Shown piece after piece: positions 8,679 through 17,200 of a stretch of 33,685 bases of DNA. Below the pieces are notes generated by a model that searched no databases, was not told the DNA's origin, and saw only the letters and a list, made by a program, of their open reading frames with translations. The stretch's first letter is position 1. Each line of letters opens with the position of its first letter. The DNA is from Flavobacteriales bacterium (GTDB lineage: Bacteria > Bacteroidota > Bacteroidia > Flavobacteriales_F > PHOS-HE28): positions 1-33,685 of the forward strand of contig JADZGG010000287.1 of the NCBI GenBank assembly GCA_020854015.1. Direction: 5' to 3'. A program made the position numbers and the translations under genes.

Positions 8679-10316
8679 TTAATAGGCGCACACCACTCTT
8701 GGGGCTGCAGTGACGGTCAATAGAGGAGGTGTGTCGACCTCCACGCTGAAGAAATACTGCTGTTCACAGGCACTCAGGAATTCGGAGCCGGTCACCACGT
8801 AAACATCACTTCCGGGGGGGGTGAAGGTGTAGTTCAGTCCTTGGTACAGGGTATCCGTAGGATTGGAATAGATGGACCACCAGGCGTTGTTGATCGGCTG
8901 GGGTGGTGAAAGTGTGAGCGTTCCGGTGCTGTCGACGCCGCAGAACACGGAGTCCACCACCAGCGGAGGCAGCGGGGTGAAGGAACCTACCGAGTAGGCA
9001 TACGTCTCATAGTTGCTGCCAACGCCATAGACATACCCGATCAGACCTGTGGGGCAGGAGATGCTGTGGCTGCCTTGGGTAAGTGGCAAGGTGGCCCAAC
9101 TGTTCGTGGAGCAGGCGGTGTAAGGGGTGAAGGAGGCAGCAGGAACAGGTGCACCATCCAGGATCACTTGGTTGTTGCTTGCTGTTTCAACCACCACTGC
9201 GATGTACTGGTTGGAAATGTTCGCCGACACCACCGTCGCAAAGCTGATGTTGCTGATCTTCTGCTCATCCGCGTTCAAGATCAACAAGGCAGGGTCGCCA
9301 ACGCCACCTGAGCAATCCTGACCTTGGATGTACTGAGACACGCTGATAGGGACCGTGCTCTCAATGCATCGGGCCTGAGTGGCGTAGTTCACTTCCTGGA
9401 ACTGGCCTGCGTTCAAGGCTGGCTGTGCCACACCGTCCACGCTGTAGTTGGTCCCATTGGTATTGGCCATCACCCGATAGGTGTAGCTGTTGGGACCCTG
9501 CCAAGGCACGGTGAAGTACTTCGTGCCCCAAACATTGCTAGGCAGGTTCTGCTCGTACACATGGTCGCAAGCAAAGCAGCCGATCGGCACGTTCGTGCAC
9601 ACAGAACCGGAGAACACAGCGAACGGTCTGCAAGAACCACTGACCGCGGTCCCGACCAAGGTGGTCCCCGAAAGGTCGTCACCGGAGTTCGCGGCCTGCA
9701 CCTGGAAGGTCTCTGCACTGTCCAGGTTCACAATGAAAGGCACCCCGGCAGGTTGTCCTCCGAGGGTTGCGCTGGACGGTGTGATCTCGATCTGGGTCCC
9801 ATCCTGTGTGGCCACGATCAGGAACTCGGAGTTCAGCGTACCGAAACCGCTCAATCCATAGTAGCAATGCACTCTGTATTCCGTTCCCAAGGATTGGGTC
9901 GGGTAGATCGCTGCAGCATCGGCCGTGGCGTCCTCGAAGTTGAGGGCGTAGACCGCCACCGTATCCGCGGTCTGGATCAGGAATGACTTGTTGTCCACAA
10001 CCTCCGAACCCGTATGGATCGCCGTGAGAGGCAAGTTGACCGTGGTTACGGTGTTGGCCGTAACGGTGAAATTCTGCGTGAACCCGAGCAGGGGCATGGA
10101 AATGGTGCCGGTAGTGTTCACATAGCTGGAGATGAACACGTCGATGTGCTGGTTGCCACCGCCCCCGTAGTTCTGCATGTAGCCCACCCAGAACTCCTTA
10201 CCCATGGTAGGGATCACACCTTGTTGGGCATGGATACTTCCCCCCACCCCAAGCGCCATCGCAAGGGCGCAAATGAACCTGTTCAGCATGCTCGTCGATC
10301 GGTCAGGGACCATCAT
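8679..10316 (-). CDS. N-terminal 545-codon fragment of the second adhesin, with a signal peptide and an IgGFc-binding-N-terminal-like domain. It ends at a premature TAA.
   Basis: Signal-like MLNRFICALAMALGVGGSIHAQQG, then GKEFWVGYMQN... and CRPFAVFSGSVCTNVPIGCFACDHVYEQN, collinear with residues 60-570 of the paralog. ATGATG start at 10316; the ATG at 10289 (MLNRF...) is an alternative. Confidence 0.8.
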   Translation of the reverse strand: MMVPDRSTSMLNRFICALAMALGVGGSIHAQQGVIPTMGKEFWVGYMQNYGGGGNQHIDVFISSYVNTTGTISMPLLGFTQNFTVTANTVTTVNLPLTAIHTGSEVVDNKSFLIQTADTVAVYALNFEDATADAAAIYPTQSLGTEYRVHCYYGLSGFGTLNSEFLIVATQDGTQIEITPSSATLGGQPAGVPFIVNLDSAETFQVQAANSGDDLSGTTLVGTAVSGSCRPFAVFSGSVCTNVPIGCFACDHVYEQNLPSNVWGTKYFTVPWQGPNSYTYRVMANTNGTNYSVDGVAQPALNAGQFQEVNYATQARCIESTVPISVSQYIQGQDCSGGVGDPALLILNADEQKISNISFATVVSANISNQYIAVVVETASNNQVILDGAPVPAASFTPYTACSTNSWATLPLTQGSHSISCPTGLIGYVYGVGSNYETYAYSVGSFTPLPPLVVDSVFCGVDSTGTLTLSPPQPINNAWWSIYSNPTDTLYQGLNYTFTPPGSDVYVVTGSEFLSACEQQYFFSVEVDTPPLLTVTAAPRVVCAY

Positions 10317-10428
10317 TGGTGAAAAACCCGCACAAGTTAGGCATCCCTACCCGGTCCTCTCTGACGGGCGGATCGGGCATACCGAACCGTTCGAATGACG
10401 TGCCCGGTCCCGAAAAAGTTGCCAGCGG

Positions 10429-12012
10429 TCAGCGAAGATCCACTTCCCAGGTTTGCTCCACGTCCCACCCAGCCCGTACCATCACCACCCCGGCCATGCG
10501 CCAGGCTCGTTCGGGCTGCCTTCGGGCATCCAGTTCGCCGGTATCCTGTTTCCCACTGTCATTGCGGTCCTCAACGAGTTTCAGCGTGTAGCTGCCAGGG
10601 ATCAGGCCTGCAAGACGGAAAGACCGGGACAGACCGTTTGACGAGCGTTGCTCAACCACTTGATCAGCGGTGTTCAAGAGCTGAAGCAGAAAGGGAGTGG
10701 AGGTGCCGGCCATCGTGTCCTTGATCGTGATCGTGAGCCCACCAAGCTGCTCAGCCCCAGGCCGGCGGGTGGAAAGCACCAAGGTGTCGTTCACGCCCCC
10801 GTAAATGTCTTCCAGAGCCTTGGGCATCAGGGTGGCCGTTGCCTCCTGACCGGCTTTCAGGTCGAACAACAGATGAACCATGCGTCGGTCCAGGCTATCC
10901 ATACGGATCGTGAACGATCGAGCCGTGGTGTCGGTCTTCACGGAGATCCGCTCAGCTGCAATGCTTGCCACGGGGCGCGTGGCGCGAAGGAGGAGCTGTC
11001 CCTCTCGGTGGCTGGCGACGGCCGACACGTAGAAGGGCATCTTCTCCCGCACCCTGTAGATCAGCGTGTCGAGGACGGTTCCACCATCGCTCACCTCGAA
11101 GGTCTGGTGGTCCAAGGCGGTGGTGTCGTTCGGCCAGCAACGGACACTATCGCCGGCCGCATTGGCCTCCACGGTCCAGTTCAGGGCGCCTCCTGTTCGA
11201 TCCAGGTCGCGCAGCTTCAATTCCGTCAAGGGTTTGGCCAAGACCAACCGCCAATCGCGATCAGGGCCGACGCGCTGGTCCATAACCTGCTGTTGTTCAG
11301 GCTGTTCAAGGAACATGCGCAAGAGGAGCTGGATACTGTCCGGCAACGCCAATGGCCCGTTCAGAAAGGCCACCTCCTCGTTGGGGAGGTCGAAGCGCAG
11401 GTTCGCGTTCTGGTCGCGCAATCCGTTCAGAGTGTATCGTCCGTTCCTCAGGTGCTTCAGGTGGAACAGACCCTCCTTATCCGACCGAGTGGCATAAGCG
11501 GGCCTACCTTCTTTGAACCCTGTGCTATCATCTTCCGTGAATAAGAGCACGTGAACATTGCCTGCTGCTTTGCCGCTGAACGCGTCGACCACCATGCCAT
11601 GTACGGACGCACTGTCGAGGTGATCGCCCGTTGAAATGGTGTAGCTGAGGTCTTTGGCCGCGTTGCCTTCCGTAAGGTCGGTCACGGCATCGCCCAGAAA
11701 AAAGCTGTAGGTCGTGTTCGGCTCCAGAGGGTCGTTCAGTTCGATCACAACGTCGGTGGCACCTTGCACATGCACGTCAGGGTACGTCGGGAGCGGCGGT
11801 GAAATGAGCAATTGGTCACGCAAACGACCCAACTTCACTCGTTCGTTGAAGTGCAGCACGATGCGTCGGCCTAGGAAGCCGGTGCTCATGTCGGCGGGTT
11901 CGGCGGAAAGGAGGGTGGGTGGCGTGCTGTCCTTATCTCCGCCACTGATATCGCGCACCTGCGCACAGCCGGCCAACACCGGTACCAGCCACGCCATCTG
12001 CCAGGTACGCAT
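10429..12012 (-). CDS. Ig-like (SbsA/Big_5-like) domain lipoprotein of unknown function.
   Basis: From the ATG at 12012 the N-terminus is MRTWQMAWLVPVLAGC, a canonical lipobox. It is followed by DSTPPTLLSAEP...FNERV...ISPP...NTTYSF, typical of SbsA-type Ig-like domains, and a carboxypeptidase-regulatory-like stretch (VHGMVVDAFSGK...VHVLLF). This ATG shares its A with the msrC TGA (TGATG). The longer ATG at 12042 would overlap msrC by 31 nt. Confidence 0.75.
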   Translation of the reverse strand: MRTWQMAWLVPVLAGCAQVRDISGGDKDSTPPTLLSAEPADMSTGFLGRRIVLHFNERVKLGRLRDQLLISPPLPTYPDVHVQGATDVVIELNDPLEPNTTYSFFLGDAVTDLTEGNAAKDLSYTISTGDHLDSASVHGMVVDAFSGKAAGNVHVLLFTEDDSTGFKEGRPAYATRSDKEGLFHLKHLRNGRYTLNGLRDQNANLRFDLPNEEVAFLNGPLALPDSIQLLLRMFLEQPEQQQVMDQRVGPDRDWRLVLAKPLTELKLRDLDRTGGALNWTVEANAAGDSVRCWPNDTTALDHQTFEVSDGGTVLDTLIYRVREKMPFYVSAVASHREGQLLLRATRPVASIAAERISVKTDTTARSFTIRMDSLDRRMVHLLFDLKAGQEATATLMPKALEDIYGGVNDTLVLSTRRPGAEQLGGLTITIKDTMAGTSTPFLLQLLNTADQVVEQRSSNGLSRSFRLAGLIPGSYTLKLVEDRNDSGKQDTGELDARRQPERAWRMAGVVMVRAGWDVEQTWEVDLR

Positions 12013-12500
12013 CACTCGAACAGGGGCTCCAGCAAGGTGCATATCCGACCAAGGGCGTGGGCGTCCACCTCATTGAAATCATCCATCTGCTCGCTATCGA
12101 TGTCGAGCACCGCCGCGATGCGACCGCTCCGATCGCGGATGGGCACCACGATCTCGCTCTTTGACAACGGGCTGCAGGCGATGTGCCCCGGGAACTTGTC
12201 CACGTCGGCCACGATCAACGTCTTCTCATCGGCCCAGGCTGTGCCGCACACCCCTTTGCCGTGGCCGATCCGGCTACAGGCCACTGGCCCCTGAAAAGGC
12301 CCAAGTACAAGTTCGGCGCCCATGACCCGGTAGAAGCCGATCCAATGCCAGTTAAAGGCCTGGCGAAGCGAAGCTGAAACGTTGGCCATCGCCGCGATCA
12401 GGTCATGCTCGTCGTTCAGCAGCTCACGCACCTGCGGGTAAAGGGCGGAGTACACGGCCACGCGGTCGCCGGTCTTGGGAAATTGCAGGGTCTCGGACAT
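12012..12500 (-). CDS. msrC: GAF-domain free methionine-(R)-sulfoxide reductase (YebR/MsrC family).
   Basis: 162 aa. W.GFYRV....LVLGPFQGPVACSRIGHGKGVCGTAW......IVADVDKFPGHIACSPLSKSEIVVPI....RIAAVLDIDS closely matches the E. coli YebR pattern as I recall it. Confidence 0.85.
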   Translation of the reverse strand: MSETLQFPKTGDRVAVYSALYPQVRELLNDEHDLIAAMANVSASLRQAFNWHWIGFYRVMGAELVLGPFQGPVACSRIGHGKGVCGTAWADEKTLIVADVDKFPGHIACSPLSKSEIVVPIRDRSGRIAAVLDIDSEQMDDFNEVDAHALGRICTLLEPLFE

Positions 12501-12507
12501 GGGGCGG

Positions 12508-12515
12508 CAAATCTA
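12508..12515 (-). promoter_or_regulatory. Candidate Bacteroidota -7 promoter box for msrC.
   Basis: The minus strand reads TAGATTTG, an exact match to TAnnTTTG, ending 7 nt before the msrC ATG. A TTTG lies only 10 nt upstream, which is too close for a canonical -33 element. Confidence 0.4.
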
Positions 12516-12541
12516 GCGGGCTTCGCAAAGGTCCTGCCGGA

Positions 12542-13279
12542 TCAAGCAAAGGCCACCGTGACCACACTGACGCGGACCCCTTTCACTTTTTGCAGGGCGC
12601 GTGCACAGCTTTCCAGCGTCGCGCCGGTGGTCACCACATCATCCACCAGCAGGACGTGGCGCCCTTCGAGGGCCGCAACATCGGACAGGTCGAAGGCCTC
12701 CTTCACGTTCAACCACCGGTCCATGCGGCCTTTACGGGTCTGGCTGGGGGTGCGCACCACACGCATCAACCGTTGCTGCGCTGGTGGAAGGCCCCAGACC
12801 TCGGTCATGCCGTCCACCAGAACCTGACTCTGGTTGTAGCCTCGCTGCCGCTCTTTGCGGGGGTGCAAAGGCACCGCAAGCAAAAGGTCCACCGAACCGA
12901 AACGCGGACTGTCCATCAGTGCCTTGGCCATGTGGCGGCCCAATTCCAGTCCGATCTCCTTGTCGCCCTTGTACTTCAGGCGGTGGAGCATGTGCTGCAC
13001 CATGCCTCCCTTGTCGAAGTGCAACAGTGCGGTCGCGGCTTCCAATTCCAGTTTGCCCCAGAACACGCGTTCCACCGGGTTGGTCGGGTCGTTGTGGAAA
13101 CGCGTCAAGGGAAGGTCCTCCGTGCAGCTGAGGCACAGGGCCTTTTCACGCGACATCAGCGCGGCATCACAACCAGCGCAAAGGCGGGGCAGGAAAAGAT
13201 CCACCAGCGAGCCAAGACCTTGGCTTATCGGGTGAACTACTTTGTTGAAAAGTGCGCCGTTGCTGAAAGGGCTTGGCAT
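12542..13279 (-). CDS. comF: ComF family protein (double zinc-ribbon plus phosphoribosyltransferase domain).
   Basis: N-terminal CAGCD...LCLSC zinc-ribbon cysteines and a C-terminal PRTase motif HVLLVDDVVTTGATLESC. 245 aa, typical for ComF/ComFC. Confidence 0.8.
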   Translation of the reverse strand: MPSPFSNGALFNKVVHPISQGLGSLVDLFLPRLCAGCDAALMSREKALCLSCTEDLPLTRFHNDPTNPVERVFWGKLELEAATALLHFDKGGMVQHMLHRLKYKGDKEIGLELGRHMAKALMDSPRFGSVDLLLAVPLHPRKERQRGYNQSQVLVDGMTEVWGLPPAQQRLMRVVRTPSQTRKGRMDRWLNVKEAFDLSDVAALEGRHVLLVDDVVTTGATLESCARALQKVKGVRVSVVTVAFA

Positions 13280-13340
13280 GCGACCAAGATAACTTAGCCG
13301 CTCGCGATCAGCACCCTTTCGTCAGATCCTATTTTCCTGC

Positions 13341-14252
13341 ATGGAACAGCAACCCAACGCCCCCGAGTCCAAAGGCCGCGCCAATACCGCACTCCTCGCC
13401 TTGGTGGTGCTCCTGCTCATCAGCAACGTGGTTATGCTCTACCTGCTCATGCAGAAGAACAAGGATGTGCAGACCACAGGCCAGGAACTCGCCAAGGTGA
13501 CCAGCGACAAGGACAATGTGACCAAGTTGCTGGAGGACATGCTGGCGCAGTACGACACGCTCAATACGGACAATGAGCAGCTCAGGACGGAGATCAGCGC
13601 CCAGAAACAGCAGATCGAGGACCTGTTGCAGAAGGTGAAGAACGGCACCTACAGCCTGGCACGTGCCGAGAAGGAGGTCTCCACCCTCAAGAAGATCATG
13701 AAGGGATACGTGTTCACCATCGACTCGCTGAACACGTTGAACAAGGAACTGACCGCTGAGAACCTCCAGACCAAGCAACAGCTCGGTGAAGTGACCGGGC
13801 AAAAGGTAGCTCTGGAGCAACAGACCGAGGAACAACGAGCGCTGATCGCCAAAGGCTCCATTCTGAGCGCCACTACGCACACCGCAGGAGCGCTTTTTCT
13901 GCGGAACAACGGCAAGCAGGTCGATACCGATCGCGCCAGCAAGGCGGAGATGGTGAAGAGCTGCTTCGTGCTGGGTGAGAACCGCGTGACCATGCCAGGC
14001 AACAAGATGATCCACATGCGCATCATCAGCCCCGATGGCTCAGTGTTGCCAGCCGGAGACTCGGATAACCGCTTCACCTACAATGGTGTACAGGGTGAAT
14101 ACAGCGTAAAGCGCGAAGTGAACTATCAGAACCAACCGCTGGACGTGTGCATGTTCTATACGGCCACCGGCAAGCTGGCCAATGGCCAGTACATCGTGGA
14201 GCTTTACGAGGCCGGAGCGCTCGTGTCGAAGACCACCTTCGATCTGAAGTGA
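13341..14252 (+). CDS. Hypothetical membrane-anchored coiled-coil protein with a C-terminal beta-rich domain.
   Basis: 303-aa ORF with an ATG start. TM segment ALLALVVLLLISNVVMLYLL, then a ~140-aa heptad-rich Q/E/K/L region, then a ~110-aa domain. Its composition differs clearly from the antisense ORFs. I recognise no family. Confidence 0.65.
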   Translation: MEQQPNAPESKGRANTALLALVVLLLISNVVMLYLLMQKNKDVQTTGQELAKVTSDKDNVTKLLEDMLAQYDTLNTDNEQLRTEISAQKQQIEDLLQKVKNGTYSLARAEKEVSTLKKIMKGYVFTIDSLNTLNKELTAENLQTKQQLGEVTGQKVALEQQTEEQRALIAKGSILSATTHTAGALFLRNNGKQVDTDRASKAEMVKSCFVLGENRVTMPGNKMIHMRIISPDGSVLPAGDSDNRFTYNGVQGEYSVKREVNYQNQPLDVCMFYTATGKLANGQYIVELYEAGALVSKTTFDLK

Positions 14253-14264
14253 TCGAGCTTACGG

Positions 14265-17200
14265 TCAGAAGAAAGCTCTGACCTGTGCGCCGCCGACATG
14301 TACGGTGGGTGATCCTTCGCTGCTTCGGCCGTTGTAGGTGAGGTCCACTTGCAGGTGGTCGCTCAGGCGTCTCTGTATGCCAAGGCTCCAGGTGATATTG
14401 GTGCCGGCCCGCAAGCCACCGAGCATCTCATTGCCGATCACCGAGTTCTCCGTGCCATCAAATGCGATGCCCACGAGGTTCCCGTTGAGCTGGATCGTGC
14501 CTTTGCCCGCCGCATTGAACCGCAGCTCAGCTCCGAGGTCCTGAAGCTCGGCTTGCTCACCACCCAGGTCGATGTCGTTCACTTTGCGCGTGAGCTTGTA
14601 GGTGAGCACAGCGCGCAGGCGTGTACCAGGCTGCCAGGTCAGGCGCGGACGGATCGACTCTTGGTCGACGCTGAAGTTGCGCCCTTCGATAAGGTCGCTG
14701 TTGCTGGTCGAGCGCCCGCGCTCGCTTTCGACCTCCAAGGTCCAATGCCGCGTTGCGTTCACGCGCAGCCGCAATGTGTTGCCTTCCCGTGTGCGCGATT
14801 CGTAACCGTTCTGGAGCAGGCTCTTCGTACGGTCGTTCTGGTAGGTGTGGTCCACGCTCCAGACCCGGCTGCTGCGGTCGTAGTAGAAGGTGTTGCGCAC
14901 GGAACTGTTGAAAGCTGTCAATGCGCTGTCCAGCGGATCCAACTTGAACGGGTTCACGGCCTGGCCCAGGTCATCCGCGCCGGTCTTCCGGTCGGTGCGG
15001 AAGGAGGCCAGGTCACTCAACTTCGCGACGAAGTGTCTCAACCCTTTGGTTTCCTCCCAGACCGCTGCCGGGCGTATATCGAGCGAGGTGCTCAGCTGGT
15101 TGCTGAAGGTGCGCACGTAGTCGTTCGTCTGAACGAACACACGGATGTGGTCAGCCTCATAGCCGAAGTTGGCCACCTCGAATTCGTTCAGCTCCTTGAT
15201 GCCGTTTCCATTGTAGTCGATCCAGATGTACACCCCCTGTCCGGCCGGCACCTGCACATAGATGTACTCACGGCGCTGCTCCAGCCCGCTTCCGAACTCA
15301 TAGAACATGTCCCAGTTCATGGCGCCTTTCCACAGACTGAGGTCGTAATCCACGCGGGCCAGGTAGGTCTCCTCGGGCTTCGCTACGGTGATGGTGCTAT
15401 CCACGATCCGCAATTCGCGGAACGTGAAGGTGGTGCTCAGGCGGTTGCGCGGGTCCTTGGTCAGGTCGAGGGTGGCGCCATAGGCTGTGGCGACAGTGCT
15501 CGCAGAGAGCGAACCGTTCCGCAAGCCCTTCTCATGCCGCTGACCACCCGAGAGCCGCACGCGTGTCTTGAAGCTGTCCGGGCTTTGCACGAACAACTCC
15601 CAGTCGTGGAACTGATAGCTTCCGATCTGCAATGAGTCAGAGTCCGTGGCCTTGAACAGGTTATGTTCCTGCTCGCTTTTCACGCCCAATGTGAGGTCGC
15701 GTGTGCGGTGGCGGAGCATGCCCTTATGCCGGAGGAACTGAGTGCGACGAGGTTCGGTGGTACTGAGCAAGCTTGCTTCTCCGACGAGGTCCCATCGCCC
15801 CATGTGCAGATCACATTCCAAGCGCTCACGCCAGCCGCTGTACCGGTCGCGCACTTGAAAGGTGTTGGCCGTGAGCCGCGCGTAACCACTGCGGTAGCTC
15901 CGCACGCCCACCCCGACATTGGCCAGCAGTTGGTCACCGTCCAAGGCGATGCCCAAGGCGTTCCAGTTCCGTTCGAACTCCACCGCACGGTAGCGTTCCA
16001 CATACTTGAAGTCACGCCCCAGCAGCTCGTTCTCGGTGGTCAGCTCCATACGCCATGTGCTGTCCTTGGCTGAAAGCGGGATCTGGTGAACGCCCCCAAG
16101 TCGGAACGCTGGAGCCTTGTTGTCGTTGTTGCCGATGGAGGAGAAGGTGTTCACATCGTTGTTGCTCAGCGCGATCTCCGCCGAAGCTCTGGTGCGGGTG
16201 GAGAAACGATGCTCAGCACCTAACGCCAGCACCTGTTGAGCCCTCGGCGCGATCAGGATGCGCAGGGGAGCACTATCACCTCGCCGCACCACATTCCCAT
16301 CGATCGTGTCCGGAGCCACCCAACGGAACACCCGGCCGTTCGGGGAGAAACTGTCCTGCACGTAGTCGCCGTTGCCGGTCCCGACCGTGGTGAAGGTGAG
16401 CCGGTAGAAGGCGCTGTCCGGAGAGGTGTTGTAAACGTATACCGGATCGTAGCCCAACGAATCGCGCTTGGCATACAGCACTTCGTTCGCGCTGTAGGCC
16501 ACCGTGTCGACCCCTGGTGTGGCGGCAGCCAACGGATCATCGCCGGCATTGGTCAGCACCGTGCGGTCAGCAGGGCTCAGCTCCTGTTGCAACGGCTGGT
16601 TGCGGTGGTCCTGCTCTGTGTACAGGTTGAAATGAACATCGGTCTTGGCGAAGGAGCGGTCGAAGGAGGCGCGTACCAGCGAGCGCACATAGTTCTTCTC
16701 GCTGTACTGGAACTCGACCACGATGCGGCGGTCCTTGGTGATGAGACGCTTGGCCGTGAACGTGACCTCCGCGGTGTTGTAATCGATCACGTAGTCGTTC
16801 TCCTGCCCGCGGGAAAGCTGAAGCCCGTCGATGAACACTCGCTCGGTACCGCTCAATACGATAATGAAGCTCTCTCCTGCATCCCCGCGCAGCCTGTAAG
16901 GGCCTTGAACGCCTTCAGTCCCTTGGATCAGGTTGCGTGCGAACTTGCCTTTGCTCACCGCCGCGCTCACTCCAAGCTGCCCGATCGGCTTATCCACTGG
17001 CCCCAGCTTCGTGCCGTAGCTCAAGCCCTTGGCCTTCTTCAAATAAGTGAGGAAATGGCTGTTCGGGCGCTGCAGCACGAAGTCCCCGGCCACAAGTTCC
17101 TGCCGCTCATCGAAGAGCTTGATGAAGACCTGGTCGAAATCCTGTAACTCCAGTGTGGTCCCGCCCACCTGGATCGGAATGTTGTTGTCGGTGATCGAGG

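Larger units (their letters stand above)
5709..10316 (-). pseudogene. Alternative reading of the two fragments above and below: one ~1535-codon type B CTD adhesin gene interrupted by a single in-frame TAA at 8679..8681.
   Basis: 10316-8675 = 1641, a multiple of 3, so both ORFs share a frame. The junction reads ...RVVCAY-TAA-P-V-QLNVTANP... and aligns with ...ATVCQFGAVQLNVSPAP... in the paralog. Confidence 0.6.

Noticed and set aside
8679-8681. TAA reassigned as a sense codon (alternative genetic code) as the explanation for the split adhesin.
   Set aside because: TAA terminates at least three other well-supported genes in the window at the positions expected from homology: the yafV-like gene, the 19616 gene and rfaE2.
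8814-8821. A frameshift at the C8 tract as the cause of the adhesin disruption.
   Set aside because: The translation on both sides of the tract, and from the tract to the TAA, stays collinear with the intact paralog. The frame is therefore correct, and the lesion is a point nonsense codon.
10383-10393. Small palindrome CGAACCGTTCG and a weak CGGGCA/TGCCCG stem in the 112-bp spacer upstream of the split adhesin.
   Set aside because: Both are too short or too weak to distinguish from chance in GC-rich DNA. They are noted only as context for the possible TAACTTGT promoter box.
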